Source of the DNA: Deltaproteobacteria bacterium GWB2_55_19
GTDB lineage: Bacteria > Desulfobacterota > GWC2-55-46
Length of the DNA stretch: 64,000 nucleotides
Assembly: GCA_001797465.1 (NCBI GenBank)
Contig: MGPQ01000014.1
Location: 801 to 64,800, forward strand
Reading direction: 5' to 3'
The notes under the pieces are model-generated. The model ran no database searches and was not told the origin of the DNA. It was given only the letters and a program-made list of their open reading frames with translations. This document shows positions 1 to 9,707 of the stretch, in pieces (within the stretch, counting starts at the first letter, position 1; every line of letters begins with the position of its first letter). Position numbers and translations under genes: made by a program.

Positions 1-150
1 CTACGGATTAAGCTGTTACAGGCACAACGAAACAGGTCTCGCGGCAAATTCCGGCGCCGCCTCTACAAACACACAGGAGAAAGGCCCTAAACCACCTTCG
101 CCCCATTGCCAACACCCATCTCGCCCCTGCCTCGGCGCCTGACGAGACAC

Positions 151-225
151 TGGAGCTGGCGATGGGATTCGAACCCGCAACCTGCTGATTACAAATCAGC
201 TGCTCTACCATTGAGCTACGCCAGC
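151..225 (-). tRNA. tRNA-Thr (anticodon UGU)
   Basis: The reverse complement reads GCTGGCG-TA-GCTC-AATGGTA-GAGC-A-GCTGA-TTTGTAA-TCAGC-AGGTT-GCGGG-TTCGAAT-CCCAT-CGCCAGC-T-CCA. This gives a 7-bp acceptor stem, D, anticodon and T arms, a canonical T-loop and an encoded CCA. The T stem has one C-A mismatch. Confidence 0.85.
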
Positions 226-300
226 GAAAAATCTGCGGAAATCCCAAAAACAAAAAATGGCAGACTCCACCGCCCTCTGACGGCAGGAACTGAATTGTAA

Positions 301-329
301 TATATAAAACACGCACACTATTTTGTCAA
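301..329 (-). promoter_or_regulatory. Putative sigma70 promoter upstream of tRNA-Thr
   Basis: Minus strand reads TTGACA-17 nt-TATATA, about 70 nt upstream of the mature tRNA 5' end. Confidence 0.35.
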
Positions 330-552
330 GGCTTTTTTTAAGACAAGAGGATGAGAGATATCGGAAAAAATTACGAAAATCCGGTCCGCCCCGCCGGAGA
401 CGGCCGCGGCAGACGGACAATCTCCTTACTTTTTCCAGGCCGCAAGGCTTATTGTTTCCCGGCCTGGAACGCGCTTATCCCGCGAGTCCGGCAGAGGAGC
501 CTTTTCGGGACGCGCTCATTATGCCGGAATTTTGCCCGACTTGCCAACCCTT

Positions 553-1660
553 TTATTTCCTGCCCTGTCTGGTACTCAAAAGGAAACCTTCAATGAAGGC
601 GTCGATGTCGCCGTCCAAAACCGCGTCGACGTTCCCCATCTCGATGCCGGTCCTGTGGTCCTTTGCGAGCCTGTACGGCTGGAGGACATAGGAGCGGATC
701 TGGCTCCCCCAGGCGATATCTCGTTTCTCGTTATGATAGACCTGCATCTTTTCCTCCTGCTCCTTAAGTTTGAGCTCATAGAGCCTGGCGCGAAGGAACT
801 TCATCGCCATCGCCTTGTTCTTGTGCTGGCTCCTCTCGTTCTGGCACCCGACGACTATGCCGGTGGGCATGTGCGTTATGCGTATCGCGGACTCCGTCTT
901 GTTTACGTGCTGGCCGCCCGCGCTCGATGACCTGAAGGTGTCGATCTTCAAGTCCGCCTCGTCTATCTCGACCTCTATGGTATCGTCTATCTCGGGGTAG
1001 ACGAATACGGAGGCAAACGACGTATGCCGCCTCTTGTTCGCGTCAAAGGGGGAGATGCGCACAAGCCTGTGGACGCCCATCTCGGCCTTCATATACCCGT
1101 AGGCGAACTCTCCTGTAACCGTGAAGGTCACGCTCTTGAGCCCCGCTTCCTCTCCGGGGAGGAAGTCCGCGGTCTCGGTCACGTATCCCTTGCGCTCGGC
1201 CCAACGGAGGTACATGCGGAGCAGTATGGACGCCCAGTCCTGCGCCTCTGTGCCACCGGCGCCCGGGTGTATGGAGACTATGGCGTTCAAGCGGTCGTTC
1301 TCCTTGCCGAGCATCCTCTGGACTTCAGCCGACCTTATCGCCTCTTTCGCCTCATTGAGCTTGCCTTCGGCCTCTTTGGCCGAGGCCGCGTCATGCGCCT
1401 CCTCGGCAAGCTCAAGGTGTATCTCCGCCTCTTCTATAAGGCCCAGTATCTTCGTTACACCTTCGAGCGACGAGGATATCTCGGCCTTTCTCTTCAGGAG
1501 CTTTTGCGCCTCAGCCTGGTCGGCCCAGAGCTCGGGGCGGGAGGTCTTCTCCTCTATCTCCTTGAGTTCCTTGAGCTTGGCATCCTGGTCAAAGAAAACT
1601 CCGTAGATCGTCGAACTTCCCCTTGACCGTGCCGAGCGATTCCTTTATCTCTTCAAACAT
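553..1660 (-). CDS. prfB: Peptide chain release factor 2, made by programmed +1 frameshift
   Basis: The N-terminal 25 codons ([23 protein letters not shown]) end at an in-frame TGA. The +1 frame continues [15 protein letters not shown]... and joins the 553..1314 ORF. SPF (RISPFD) and GGQ (SAGGQHVNK) motifs are present. Confidence 0.93.
1588..1594 (-). other. RF2 autoregulatory +1 frameshift site CTT TGA C
   Basis: Minus strand reads CGGAGTTTTCTTTGAC: the classic CUU UGA C slip site with a GGAG SD-like element a few nt upstream. Confidence 0.9.
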
Positions 1661-3199
1661 TTATTTCCTCCGTGTAGTTGCGGCCGATATTATAAACAGC
1701 GCCGCCATGCCGAGACAGCCGAAAGCGAAGACGTCCCCGCGCTCGGTATAGAACGTCGGCAAGGACCTTTTAAGCCCTATCGTGTCTACTATTATGTCCC
1801 TCTTGAAAAGCCCGGTCTTCTGCCTGACCCTGCCGACCGGGTCTATGACGCCGCTTATCCCGGTATTCGCCGAGCGGAGCACAAAGACCTTGTTTTCGAC
1901 CGCCCGGAATATCGACATCTGGAAGTGCTGGTACGGGGCCGATGTCGTCCCGAACCACGCGTCGTTCGTGATGTTCACGAGCAACGTCGCGCCGTTCCTG
2001 ACCGAGCCCGCGGAAAGCTCCGGGAAGATCGACTCGAAACAGACGAGCGTGCCGATAGAGCCACCCTCGAAGTCTATCGGGACAGGGCCCGGCCCAACGG
2101 AGAAATCCCCGATGCCAGCCGTAAGTTTTTTTACGAACGGCAGGAACTTCTTAAGCGGCACGTACTCGCCGAAGGGGACGAGGTGCACCTTGTCGTACTT
2201 GCCTATGGACTCGCCCTTGGGCGAAAGGAGAAACGCGCTGTTGAAGTAATCGATCCTGTCCGTGGTTGGATTATATGAGTAAGAGGGACTGCCGGTCAAT
2301 ATGAAACTCCCGGTCTCCCTCGTTATATCCCCTATCAGCCCATCCCTGACCTTGTCAGGCTCGAAGTAGAACGGTATCGCGGCCTCGGGCCATACGATGA
2401 GGCTGGCGCCCATCTTACCGGCGCTCAAGCTTAATGCCCTGTATATGTCGAGCGTCGCCCTCTGGTAAAATGGATCCCATTTGAGCGACTGGTCGATCGA
2501 CCCCTGGGCTATGCCGACCCTCATGGTGTTCCAGAGGCGGACTTCATTGTCGACCTGCCTTACTCGCATAACGCCGTAGGATACGACGGAGACGAGGAGC
2601 GCAAGCGCTATGGCCGACTCCTTAAACGGGAGCGAGCGCGTCTTTTTAAGCAGGTATTCGATATTATAAAAAACAGCCACGTTCACGATGAGGATTAGAA
2701 ACGATACGCCCCAGACGCCGGTAGTGTCCGCTATCTGAACGACCGGGATGTACGACGCCTGCGTATAACCGGTAAGGACCCAGGGTAGCCCGGTAAAGAT
2801 GTAGCCCCTCCCGTATTCGAGCGCGACCCACAGGGCCGGAAGCGCGATGAGCCTCAAGACCTTGTCCTGCCTGGCGGTCAGGGAAAAGACGAGGCCGAAG
2901 ACGGCCGGGTAGACCGAGAGGTAAACGACGAGCAGGAGCATGACGAGGGCGCTTGTCGTGTACGGCACCCCGCCATAGTAGTACATGGAATGTATTACCC
3001 AGTAGACGGTGCCAAGGAAGAACGAGAGGCCGAAGACGAAGCCTGTGATAAGCCCCTTGAGTCTCCCGCCATCCTTGTCATCAAGCGCGTAAAGGAAGGG
3101 CACATACCCGAACCAGGCGATAAAGCCCATGTCGAACGGCGGGAAGGCGAGCGCAAGGAGCGCGCCAGAGACTATCGCGAGTATTATCCGTTTTATCAT
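1661..3199 (-). CDS. lnt: Apolipoprotein N-acyltransferase
   Basis: Polytopic N-terminus plus a C-N hydrolase domain (WPEAAIPF, CFESIFPE, TNDAWFG). Start set at MIKRIILAIVSG (ATG 3199), which overlaps the upstream stop as ATGA. The longer ORF up to 3484 is an Arg-rich artefact. Its stop abuts the prfB ATG. Confidence 0.88.
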   Translation of the reverse strand: MIKRIILAIVSGALLALAFPPFDMGFIAWFGYVPFLYALDDKDGGRLKGLITGFVFGLSFFLGTVYWVIHSMYYYGGVPYTTSALVMLLLVVYLSVYPAVFGLVFSLTARQDKVLRLIALPALWVALEYGRGYIFTGLPWVLTGYTQASYIPVVQIADTTGVWGVSFLILIVNVAVFYNIEYLLKKTRSLPFKESAIALALLVSVVSYGVMRVRQVDNEVRLWNTMRVGIAQGSIDQSLKWDPFYQRATLDIYRALSLSAGKMGASLIVWPEAAIPFYFEPDKVRDGLIGDITRETGSFILTGSPSYSYNPTTDRIDYFNSAFLLSPKGESIGKYDKVHLVPFGEYVPLKKFLPFVKKLTAGIGDFSVGPGPVPIDFEGGSIGTLVCFESIFPELSAGSVRNGATLLVNITNDAWFGTTSAPYQHFQMSIFRAVENKVFVLRSANTGISGVIDPVGRVRQKTGLFKRDIIVDTIGLKRSLPTFYTERGDVFAFGCLGMAALFIISAATTRRK

Positions 3200-3927
3200 T
3201 TGAGGGTCGCGAAGAATATCCGGAAGACGAGGAGCGTCAACCCGAAGCCCAAAAGCCCGCCTAAAAAGACCTCGAGCTTCGTGTGTATGCCGCCAACGAG
3301 CCTCGATTGGCAGACCATGACGGCCATTACGAAAGAGAATATCATGACGAGCGGGTCGAGCGTCAGGAGCGTTATTGACGTAAAGAGAGAAAATGCCACC
3401 GCGGAATGCCCGCTCGGCATGCCGCCGTGGAGCGGCGTGCCCTTTCCGAGCCTGGCCTTGAGCGTAACGACGGCTATGAGGCAAAGGAGCAACGCGATAA
3501 TCGCGATGTGGCCGGAAAATACCCGAGCCTCCCTCAAGACCAGCCCCGCGGGCTCATAGATGTACTTCGTGAATATCATATAGACCGTGATGACGACGCC
3601 TATGGAGGATACCAGCACGGCCCCGGCCGATACGTCCTTGGCGCGCTTTGCGAAGATATTGTACTTATCCTCCATGAGGTTCACGGACTCCTCTATCGCG
3701 GTGTTCATCATCTCGGCGAAGAGGAGTATGACGACCGAGAGCGAGAACATCACGAACTCGGCGATGGGGAGCTCGAGGAAGAGGCTCAGGATGAGCGCGG
3801 CGGCGGCTATCACATAATGATACCTTATGTGCCTCTGGGTCTTGAAGGCGTATATGACGCCCTCTATCGCGTAGTTCAGCGACTCGAACCAGCTCTTGGG
3901 CTTAGGGACCTCTCTCTGTTCGTCCAT
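3196..3927 (-). CDS. Fusion protein: DgkA-type (diacylglycerol/undecaprenol) kinase N-terminal half plus PAP2 phosphatase C-terminal half
   Basis: The N-terminal ~120 aa look like DgkA (3 TM, EESVN/AKD motifs). The C-terminal half carries PAP2 motifs PSGHS and SRLVGGIHTKLEV. Confidence 0.75.
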   Translation of the reverse strand: MDEQREVPKPKSWFESLNYAIEGVIYAFKTQRHIRYHYVIAAAALILSLFLELPIAEFVMFSLSVVILLFAEMMNTAIEESVNLMEDKYNIFAKRAKDVSAGAVLVSSIGVVITVYMIFTKYIYEPAGLVLREARVFSGHIAIIALLLCLIAVVTLKARLGKGTPLHGGMPSGHSAVAFSLFTSITLLTLDPLVMIFSFVMAVMVCQSRLVGGIHTKLEVFLGGLLGFGLTLLVFRIFFATLK

Positions 3928-4016
3928 TATGAAATTTTAAATGATTTCGTCAAGGTAAGCAAATTCAAAAAAACGCGGGGTGAATATCCCTGTATCCGTC
4001 AAAAAAAATATTCCGA

Positions 4017-4445
4017 TCAAACCAGCTTCTTTTCCTTCAAAATACCCAAGACCTCCCCCTCCTTCTTCCTCATCAATTGCGCCTGTCTGCCGCCCTTTAC
4101 ATGGTCGTAGCCGAGGAGGTGAAGAAGCCCGTGTACGAGTAATCTGCCGAGCTCCTCATCGACCGTTACACCGAACTCCTTTGCCTGAGAAAGGGTCTTT
4201 TCATATGAGATGACGATGTCTCCGAGCATCTCCGTATCTTCCATCGGAAAACTCAGTACGTCCGTCGCCTTGTCGATCTTCCTGTACTCTTTATTGAGCG
4301 CCCTTATCCCGTCGTTACCCGTTATAAGTATTGAGAGCTCGCAATCACCGTATCCCAAGCCTCTTAAGGCGCTCTCTGATATCTTCCTTATCTTTGCCGG
4401 GAACCCCTTCGGCAGACGCACCCTCGCCTCGACCAGGACCTTCAA
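4017..4445 (-). CDS. ybeY: Endoribonuclease YbeY (rRNA maturation)
   Basis: 142 aa with the zinc motif [11 protein letters not shown] and [19 protein letters not shown]. It sits in the conserved phoH-ybeY context. Confidence 0.9.
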   Translation of the reverse strand: MKVLVEARVRLPKGFPAKIRKISESALRGLGYGDCELSILITGNDGIRALNKEYRKIDKATDVLSFPMEDTEMLGDIVISYEKTLSQAKEFGVTVDEELGRLLVHGLLHLLGYDHVKGGRQAQLMRKKEGEVLGILKEKKLV

Positions 4446-6084
4446 TACTTTCCTCCTTAACTATGTAGGCCGGCTCCGGGTAGTCTATCCTCTGGTGATA
4501 GATACCCGCGAAGACCCGGGTGAAGCTCCTCGTTATCGAGTGGAGGTCCTTCAAGGTCAGCTCGCACTCGTCGAGCTGACCGTCGGTGAATATCTTGTTT
4601 ACTATCTTTTGCGTCAGCCACTGAATTTTATCGGGCGTGGGGTCGGGTATCGTCTTCGAGGCCGCCTCTATCGCGTCGGCGAGCATCACGAGCCCTGCCT
4701 CCTTTGTCTGAGGCTTGGGGCCGGGGTACCTGTACTGCGCCTCGTCGATCTCGGCGTCCCCTGCCTCGGACTTCGCCTTCTGATAGAAATACGTGACGAG
4801 CGAGGTCCCGTGGTGCTCTCTTATGATGTCTATTATCTCGGCGCCGAGCCTCTCTTCTTCGGCGAGCTCAACGCCCTCTTTTATGTGATTGACGAGTATG
4901 AGCGCGCTCATCGAAGGCGCGAGCTTGTCGTGCCTGTTCTCCTCCGTTATGTTCTCGATGAAGTACGCGGGCATCTTGACCTTCCCGATGTCGTGGTAGT
5001 ACGCGGCGACGCGCGCAAGGAGCGGGTTCGCGTTGATGGACGCCGCGGCGGCCTCGACGAGCGTGCCTATGACGATGGAGTGGTGGTACGTCCCTGGCGC
5101 CCTCATGGCGAGCTCTTTTAAGAGCGGGTGGTCCATGCGCGAGAGCTCAAGCAACTTTATGTTCGTCGTGTACTGGAAGGCGGATTCGAGCGCCGGGGCT
5201 ATGCCCACGGCAAGGACGGAAGTCGCTATGCCGTTCAACACCCCCACTATTATCATGCGGAAGGCGTCGCCCGTTATTGGAGCGGACCTCGATACCATGA
5301 GCGTCAATATTACAGCCGCGTTTACCGCGCCGAGTATAAGCCCAGCCTTTATGACTACCGAGCGGTGCGTGCAGTGGCGGACCCCCATCGCGGCTACGAC
5401 CCCGCCTATGAGCGTATAGGCCGCGGCGTCCAGGGACCCGCCCATGTAGAACCCGGCGAGGACCGAGCTTACGGCCGCGAATACGAGCGCCATCTCGGAG
5501 TTCAAAAGGAGCCTTATGAGCATCGGCCCCACGGCGACCGGGATGATGTATTTGTAGACGTCTGACGAGCCGGGAGACATCGCCTTCAAGACGAGAGAGA
5601 CGGCGTCCGAGAGCTTGAGCAGTATCAGTACCCCCATGAGGACCATGGACATGAGGAGCAGGTCCTTCGGGGCAGATGAAAACTTCCTGATGTTCCGCGT
5701 GGCGAACCAGACGGACGCGGATATGAATATCGCGGTGAAAGCGAAAAAGCCGACGGCCGGGAGCCACCTGGACTTTGCCTTCATGGCCGAGCTTATGAGC
5801 CCGACTTTGGCGAGGTCGCCTTCGGTTATGACCTGCCCGTCCCTTACGACTATCTCGCCCTTCCTTATGCGTACGTCTCCGGCGTCTATCGCCACCGGGG
5901 ATTTGATGTCACTAAGCGCCACGTCACCGGGGGCGTACGAATATCCAACGAACGAAAGGGAGGGAAAGAAGAGGATGGTTGAGAAGAAGCTTACAAAGGC
6001 GAGGAGGGCGAGCCTCTTGAAAATGGTGTGCATCCCGGCTTCCCTGCCGGAAAAAGAGAGCCATTCCGAGAGGCGCGCGCTCAT
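4345..6084 (-). CDS. 7TM-HD membrane phosphohydrolase (PgpH-like)
   Basis: Multi-TM core followed by an HD domain (HHSIVIGTL...[16 protein letters not shown]). The ATG sits 1 nt after the phoH stop. The 3' end overlaps ybeY by about 100 nt. Confidence 0.8.
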   Translation of the reverse strand: MSARLSEWLSFSGREAGMHTIFKRLALLAFVSFFSTILFFPSLSFVGYSYAPGDVALSDIKSPVAIDAGDVRIRKGEIVVRDGQVITEGDLAKVGLISSAMKAKSRWLPAVGFFAFTAIFISASVWFATRNIRKFSSAPKDLLLMSMVLMGVLILLKLSDAVSLVLKAMSPGSSDVYKYIIPVAVGPMLIRLLLNSEMALVFAAVSSVLAGFYMGGSLDAAAYTLIGGVVAAMGVRHCTHRSVVIKAGLILGAVNAAVILTLMVSRSAPITGDAFRMIIVGVLNGIATSVLAVGIAPALESAFQYTTNIKLLELSRMDHPLLKELAMRAPGTYHHSIVIGTLVEAAAASINANPLLARVAAYYHDIGKVKMPAYFIENITEENRHDKLAPSMSALILVNHIKEGVELAEEERLGAEIIDIIREHHGTSLVTYFYQKAKSEAGDAEIDEAQYRYPGPKPQTKEAGLVMLADAIEAASKTIPDPTPDKIQWLTQKIVNKIFTDGQLDECELTLKDLHSITRSFTRVFAGIYHQRIDYPEPAYIVKEESIEGPGRGEGASAEGVPGKDKEDIRERLKRLGIR

Positions 6085-6085
6085 T

Positions 6086-7105
6086 TCAAGCCTCCTCCAG
6101 TATGGTCGCTTTTTTTCTGGACTCGGCCTTCTCGAATGCCTTTACGACCTTCTGGACGAGAGGGTGCCTGACCACATCCACCTCGGAGAATAAGACAAAC
6201 TCGATGCCCTCGACCCCCGCAAGTATCTTCTGGACCTCGACGAGCCCCGAGGGCTTGGCGAGCGGGAGGTCTATCTGCGTGATGTCGCCGGTGATGACGG
6301 CCTTTGAGCCGAAACCCAGGCGCGTAAGAAACATCTTCATCTGCTCGGTCGTGGTGTTCTGCGCCTCATCGAGTATCACGAACGAATCGTTCAGCGTCCG
6401 GCCCCTCATGAAGGCGAGCGGCGCCACTTCTATCGCGCCCCTCTCAAGGTACTTATCGGCCCTTTCGTAGTCTATCATGTCGTGGAGGGCGTCGTAGAGC
6501 GGCCTGAGGTACGGGTCGACCTTAGCGGCAAGGTCTCCGGGGAGGAACCCGAGCTTCTCTCCGGCCTCCACCGCCGGGCGCGTGAGTATTATCCTCTCAA
6601 CGGCCTTTGAAGTGAGCGCCGCCACAGCCATGGCCATCGCAAGATAGGTCTTTCCTGTGCCTGCCGGGCCTATGCCGAAGACTACGTCGTGCCTCCGGAT
6701 GGCGTCCACGTATCTCTTCTGAGCAACACTCTTCGGGGCTATTACCTTTTTCCTGTATGATGTATAGACGGCGTCCATGAAGACGTCGGCGACGCGGACG
6801 GAGGGGTCGGCGGATACCATGCGTATGGCATATTCGAGGTCGTGCTGGTATAGGGGATAGCCCTTTTTAATGAGGCCGTAGAGCTCGAGCAGGGTCCTTT
6901 CCGCGAGATCGACATTCCCGCCCTCTCCGGATATGGTCACAAGAGAGCCCCTGGTGTTAAGCTCGATCCCGAGCTTTTTCTCAATCCTCCTTAAGTTCTC
7001 GCCGCCCTCTCCGAAAAGCCGAAGGGCAATTGCGTTGTCCTCAAGGTTTACCTGTTTCTTTTTCTTCCCGTTACTGTCCAAATCCGGTTTTACCTTGTTT
7101 GCCAT
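6086..7105 (-). CDS. phoH: PhoH-like ATPase (YbeZ family) with N-terminal KH-like extension
   Basis: Walker A GPAGTGKTYLAMA, Walker B FVILDEAQN, ITGDITQIDLP motif. Confidence 0.9.
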   Translation of the reverse strand: MANKVKPDLDSNGKKKKQVNLEDNAIALRLFGEGGENLRRIEKKLGIELNTRGSLVTISGEGGNVDLAERTLLELYGLIKKGYPLYQHDLEYAIRMVSADPSVRVADVFMDAVYTSYRKKVIAPKSVAQKRYVDAIRRHDVVFGIGPAGTGKTYLAMAMAVAALTSKAVERIILTRPAVEAGEKLGFLPGDLAAKVDPYLRPLYDALHDMIDYERADKYLERGAIEVAPLAFMRGRTLNDSFVILDEAQNTTTEQMKMFLTRLGFGSKAVITGDITQIDLPLAKPSGLVEVQKILAGVEGIEFVLFSEVDVVRHPLVQKVVKAFEKAESRKKATILEEA

Positions 7106-7174
7106 GGGATCAGTTCGGAGCTTTCAGGCAAACCCTTGAATTTTTAGAAGCAACCCTTATAATGACGCCCTAAA

Positions 7175-7203
7175 ATATTAACATATTTCAGGGGGTTTTG
7201 CAA
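7175..7203 (-). promoter_or_regulatory. Putative sigma70 promoter of the phoH-...-prfB gene string
   Basis: Minus strand reads TTGCAA-17 nt-TAATAT in the AT-rich gap upstream of phoH. Confidence 0.4.
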
Positions 7204-7273
7204 TTTATGGTTTAAGCCCCGGCCTCCCGCTACGGCCTCCCGAACGCCCTAACATCTAACAGCCCCGCCAAAT

Positions 7274-7296
7274 AAAAAAAGCCCCTGAAAAGGGGC
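7274..7296 (-). terminator. Rho-independent terminator after lpxC
   Basis: Minus strand: GCCCCT-tttc-AGGGGC followed by TTTTTTT. Confidence 0.75.
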
Positions 7297-7320
7297 TTTG
7301 ATTCAAATATCAGCGGTGTC

Positions 7321-8280
7321 TCAGACGGTCGCCATCTTCTCGACAAGGGGACAGTGCGCCACTGCGGGCTCGTCTTTCGACGGGGCCTCCGTGAGGACCC
7401 AGTTCTCTGGCCACTTAAGTATCTCCTGGACGAGCTTGAAATTGAGGGCGTGCCCGGATCTGTGGGCCTTCAACTGGCCTATCACAGTGAAACCGAGGAG
7501 GGAGATGTCGCCCATGAGGTCCAATACCTTGTGCCTTACGAACTCGTCCGGGTATCTTAAACCCTCTTCGTTCAGTATTTCGTTGTCTCCAATGACTATG
7601 GCGTTATCGAGGGAGCCGCCCTTGGCAAGCCCGTTTTTCTTGAGCATCTCGTAGTCGCTCAAAAACCCGAAGGTCCTGGCCCTGCCGACGCCGTCCCTGA
7701 AGACGTCCCCGGAGAAAAGCCCTGAGAACGACTGTTTGGTGATGAACGGATGGGCGAAGTCTATGGAGTAATCTACCGTGAACTCGTCGTCCTCTGAAGG
7801 GGCTATCTCGACAAACTTGTCGCGGTCGGCCACCCTTATCGGCTCTTTTATGACGATATATTTTTTAGGCGCCGAAAGCTCCTTCAGGCCCGCGGATTCT
7901 ATCATCGAGATGAACTCAGAGGCCGAGCCGTCCATTATCGGCACCTCGGGGCCGTCGAGCTCGACACGGGCGTTATCTACCCCAAGCCCGTAAAACGCGG
8001 CAAGGAGGTGCTCGACGGTCGATACCGTTACGCCCTTCCTGCCGAGTGTCGTCGCGTAGCTCGTTGCCACGACGTTCTCTGCCGTGGCCCTTATGATAGG
8101 GGATGAAGGGACGTCAGTCCTTAAGAATACTATCCCGGTATCCTCGTTCGCGGGCAGTATCCTCACCCTTATCTCGTGGCCGGTGTGGAGGCCTATGCCG
8201 GAGAACTCTATCTTGTTTTTTATCGTCTTCTGCATCCTGATGCTATTCATACCGGATATATTAAGCAATATGTGTGCCAT
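7321..8280 (-). CDS. lpxC: UDP-3-O-acyl-N-acetylglucosamine deacetylase
   Basis: GIGLHTGHEIRVRILPA, TTLG, EHLLAAF and HRSGHALN motifs. The true start may be the internal ATG at 8235 (MQKTIKNKIEF). Confidence 0.9.
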   Translation of the reverse strand: MAHILLNISGMNSIRMQKTIKNKIEFSGIGLHTGHEIRVRILPANEDTGIVFLRTDVPSSPIIRATAENVVATSYATTLGRKGVTVSTVEHLLAAFYGLGVDNARVELDGPEVPIMDGSASEFISMIESAGLKELSAPKKYIVIKEPIRVADRDKFVEIAPSEDDEFTVDYSIDFAHPFITKQSFSGLFSGDVFRDGVGRARTFGFLSDYEMLKKNGLAKGGSLDNAIVIGDNEILNEEGLRYPDEFVRHKVLDLMGDISLLGFTVIGQLKAHRSGHALNFKLVQEILKWPENWVLTEAPSKDEPAVAHCPLVEKMATV

Positions 8281-8413
8281 AGCCAGAGTCCAATCAATTC
8301 AAAGAGTTATAAAATCTTGTAGGCTTTAAATATGTATTATTAACACAACAAAACGGGATTAAATCTCTTTTTTACAACACCCACCCATTACATCCGGGCT
8401 AACAGACTCCGCC

Positions 8414-8620
8414 TCAGCGCCTCGTAAAGAAGTAAAATATCAGGGAGAGGATAATACTGACGATTATGGAGGTCGCGAGCGGGAAGTAGAATACGAAGTT
8501 CTCCCTCTTTATCAGGATATCTCCATGGAGCCTGCCGAGGAACGGGACCTTCGGGGCTATTGTGAAGATCACCCCTGTTATTACGATAATGACCCCGATA
8601 ATTATAAGGCTTCTGCCCAT
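8414..8620 (-). CDS. DUF2905-family small membrane protein
   Basis: 68 aa with two TM segments flanking GRLHGDILIKRENFVFYFPL, the typical DUF2905 pattern. Confidence 0.7.
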   Translation of the reverse strand: MGRSLIIIGVIIVITGVIFTIAPKVPFLGRLHGDILIKRENFVFYFPLATSIIVSIILSLIFYFFTRR

Positions 8621-8644
8621 TCGTAACGCTCCACTTCAATCCAG

Positions 8645-8673
8645 ATTGTAAATTAAGAAGGCCGGCCTGTCAA
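8645..8673 (-). promoter_or_regulatory. Putative sigma70 promoter of the DUF2905 gene
   Basis: Minus strand reads TTGACA-17 nt-TACAAT, about 25 nt upstream of the start codon. It marks the left edge of host DNA next to the phage cluster. Confidence 0.5.
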
Positions 8674-8769
8674 TCGAGGAGGTAACCCCCACTCCTCCCA
8701 TTTCTTGAACCGAGTCGACAGGAGGGACTTCCCAGTCCAACCGGCCTTCGGTTAACACGGCTTTTTCCC

Positions 8770-9192
8770 CTACTTCCCCCAGACGATCCCCGCCGCCTTC
8801 TCTATCGACCTGCCGCCGAAATAAAATATTATGACCGTCTGCATGACGTCCTTGTGGACCTCGGAGAGTGGAAAGGCCGGGAACCCAGCGTAAGGCGCCG
8901 CTATGGTCCACGCGAATATCGCGAGCACAAGGAAACTCCACGCCGGACGGTGCGTCACCGTCAGTATCTTCGTCCAGCCGGGTGCTCCGTCGGACTCCTT
9001 TCCGGCAAGCTCCCTCGCGGTCGCCATGTCCGCTGTCGCGGTCTTGTACTCCTCGACGGCGAGCCTCTGCGCCTCCTTCTGGAACTCGGCCTTTTCCACC
9101 TCGCCCAAGGTGGATGGCAGGTACTTATCCGCGAGTTTCCCCACTACCTTGCCGACTGTATTAGTTATCAGATCCCCTATGACCGGCGTCAT
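8770..9192 (-). CDS. Holin, 3-TM type (resembles the GTA-associated holin family)
   Basis: Start chosen at MTPVIGDL, preceded by AAGGAGG. Coiled N-terminal half, HRPAWSFLVLAIFAW and further TM segments, C-terminal FGGRSIEKAAG. Last gene of the lysis cassette. Confidence 0.6.
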   Translation of the reverse strand: MTPVIGDLITNTVGKVVGKLADKYLPSTLGEVEKAEFQKEAQRLAVEEYKTATADMATARELAGKESDGAPGWTKILTVTHRPAWSFLVLAIFAWTIAAPYAGFPAFPLSEVHKDVMQTVIIFYFGGRSIEKAAGIVWGK

Positions 9193-9270
9193 CTCCCCTG
9201 CCTCCTTGGTTTCGTCCGCTAACCGCCCCTGCGCCCCCCGTCCCATGAGACTTATCCAGACTGACGGCTC

Positions 9271-9699
9271 CTATACATACGGCGAGTAACCCCTGCCGTC
9301 ATATACGAGCCTCTGCTGGTTCGGCCCATTTATCCTCGGGAGCGACAAATGTATCCAGTCAGCCCCGTTCTTCGCCTCCCTTATCGCCTGCCCGAAGCAT
9401 ATTGATCCGTCTTTCGCTATCCAGCCGAAGACCTCGTCTATATCCGCGTCAACGGGCACGATGTCAGCGGCCTCGCCTTTCACGTGCTGGCTCGTGCCTG
9501 AGCCGTTGACGCGCGCGTTTACGGCTTCAGACCTAAACGCGCTCGTCACCCTTATCATCCCCCATTTTTTTCTAACCGGCTCAAGGAGATATGTCGCCGT
9601 TAAGAGGAGCTTTTCCGTCTCCGTCTTACCCGGCCTGTTCGGCAGGCCCGTTGCAGTCCTCGTCAGCTCTTCAAGGCTGAAGTTATCGGTTATCAGCAT
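9271..9699 (-). CDS. Peptidase M15 (Peptidase_M15_3-like) endolysin
   Basis: MLITDNFSLEELT..., SAFRS, SQHVKGEAADI (H-x6-D zinc ligands), DWIHLS. Start ATG is preceded by GAGGGGGG. Confidence 0.8.
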   Translation of the reverse strand: MLITDNFSLEELTRTATGLPNRPGKTETEKLLLTATYLLEPVRKKWGMIRVTSAFRSEAVNARVNGSGTSQHVKGEAADIVPVDADIDEVFGWIAKDGSICFGQAIREAKNGADWIHLSLPRINGPNQQRLVYDGRGYSPYV

Positions 9700-9707
9700 T
9701 ACCCCCC

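Noticed and set aside
8-420. ORFs 8..316(-), 106..300(+) and 205..420(-) at the window start
   Set aside because: They overlap the tRNA-Thr gene and its leader. Composition is Arg/Cys/Ser-rich, there is no SD, and no motif is recognisable. They are spurious.
3200-3484. 95-codon N-terminal extension of lnt in the 1661..3484 ORF (and a similar 59-codon extension of ychF, 30604..30780)
   Set aside because: The extensions are Arg/His-rich and run through the coding region or terminator of the upstream gene. Internal ATGs give canonical N-termini (MIKRIILAIVSG; MGFNCGIIGLPNVGKST) with proper coupling.
4345-4445. ~100-nt overlap between the PgpH-like gene and ybeY, considered as a frameshift or pseudogene
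   Set aside because: Both proteins are complete with intact motifs: the HD domain, and the full YbeY N-terminus plus the HGxLHLxGYDH motif. The PgpH C-terminal tail is low-complexity, so the overlap is probably genuine or reflects a slightly later ybeY start.
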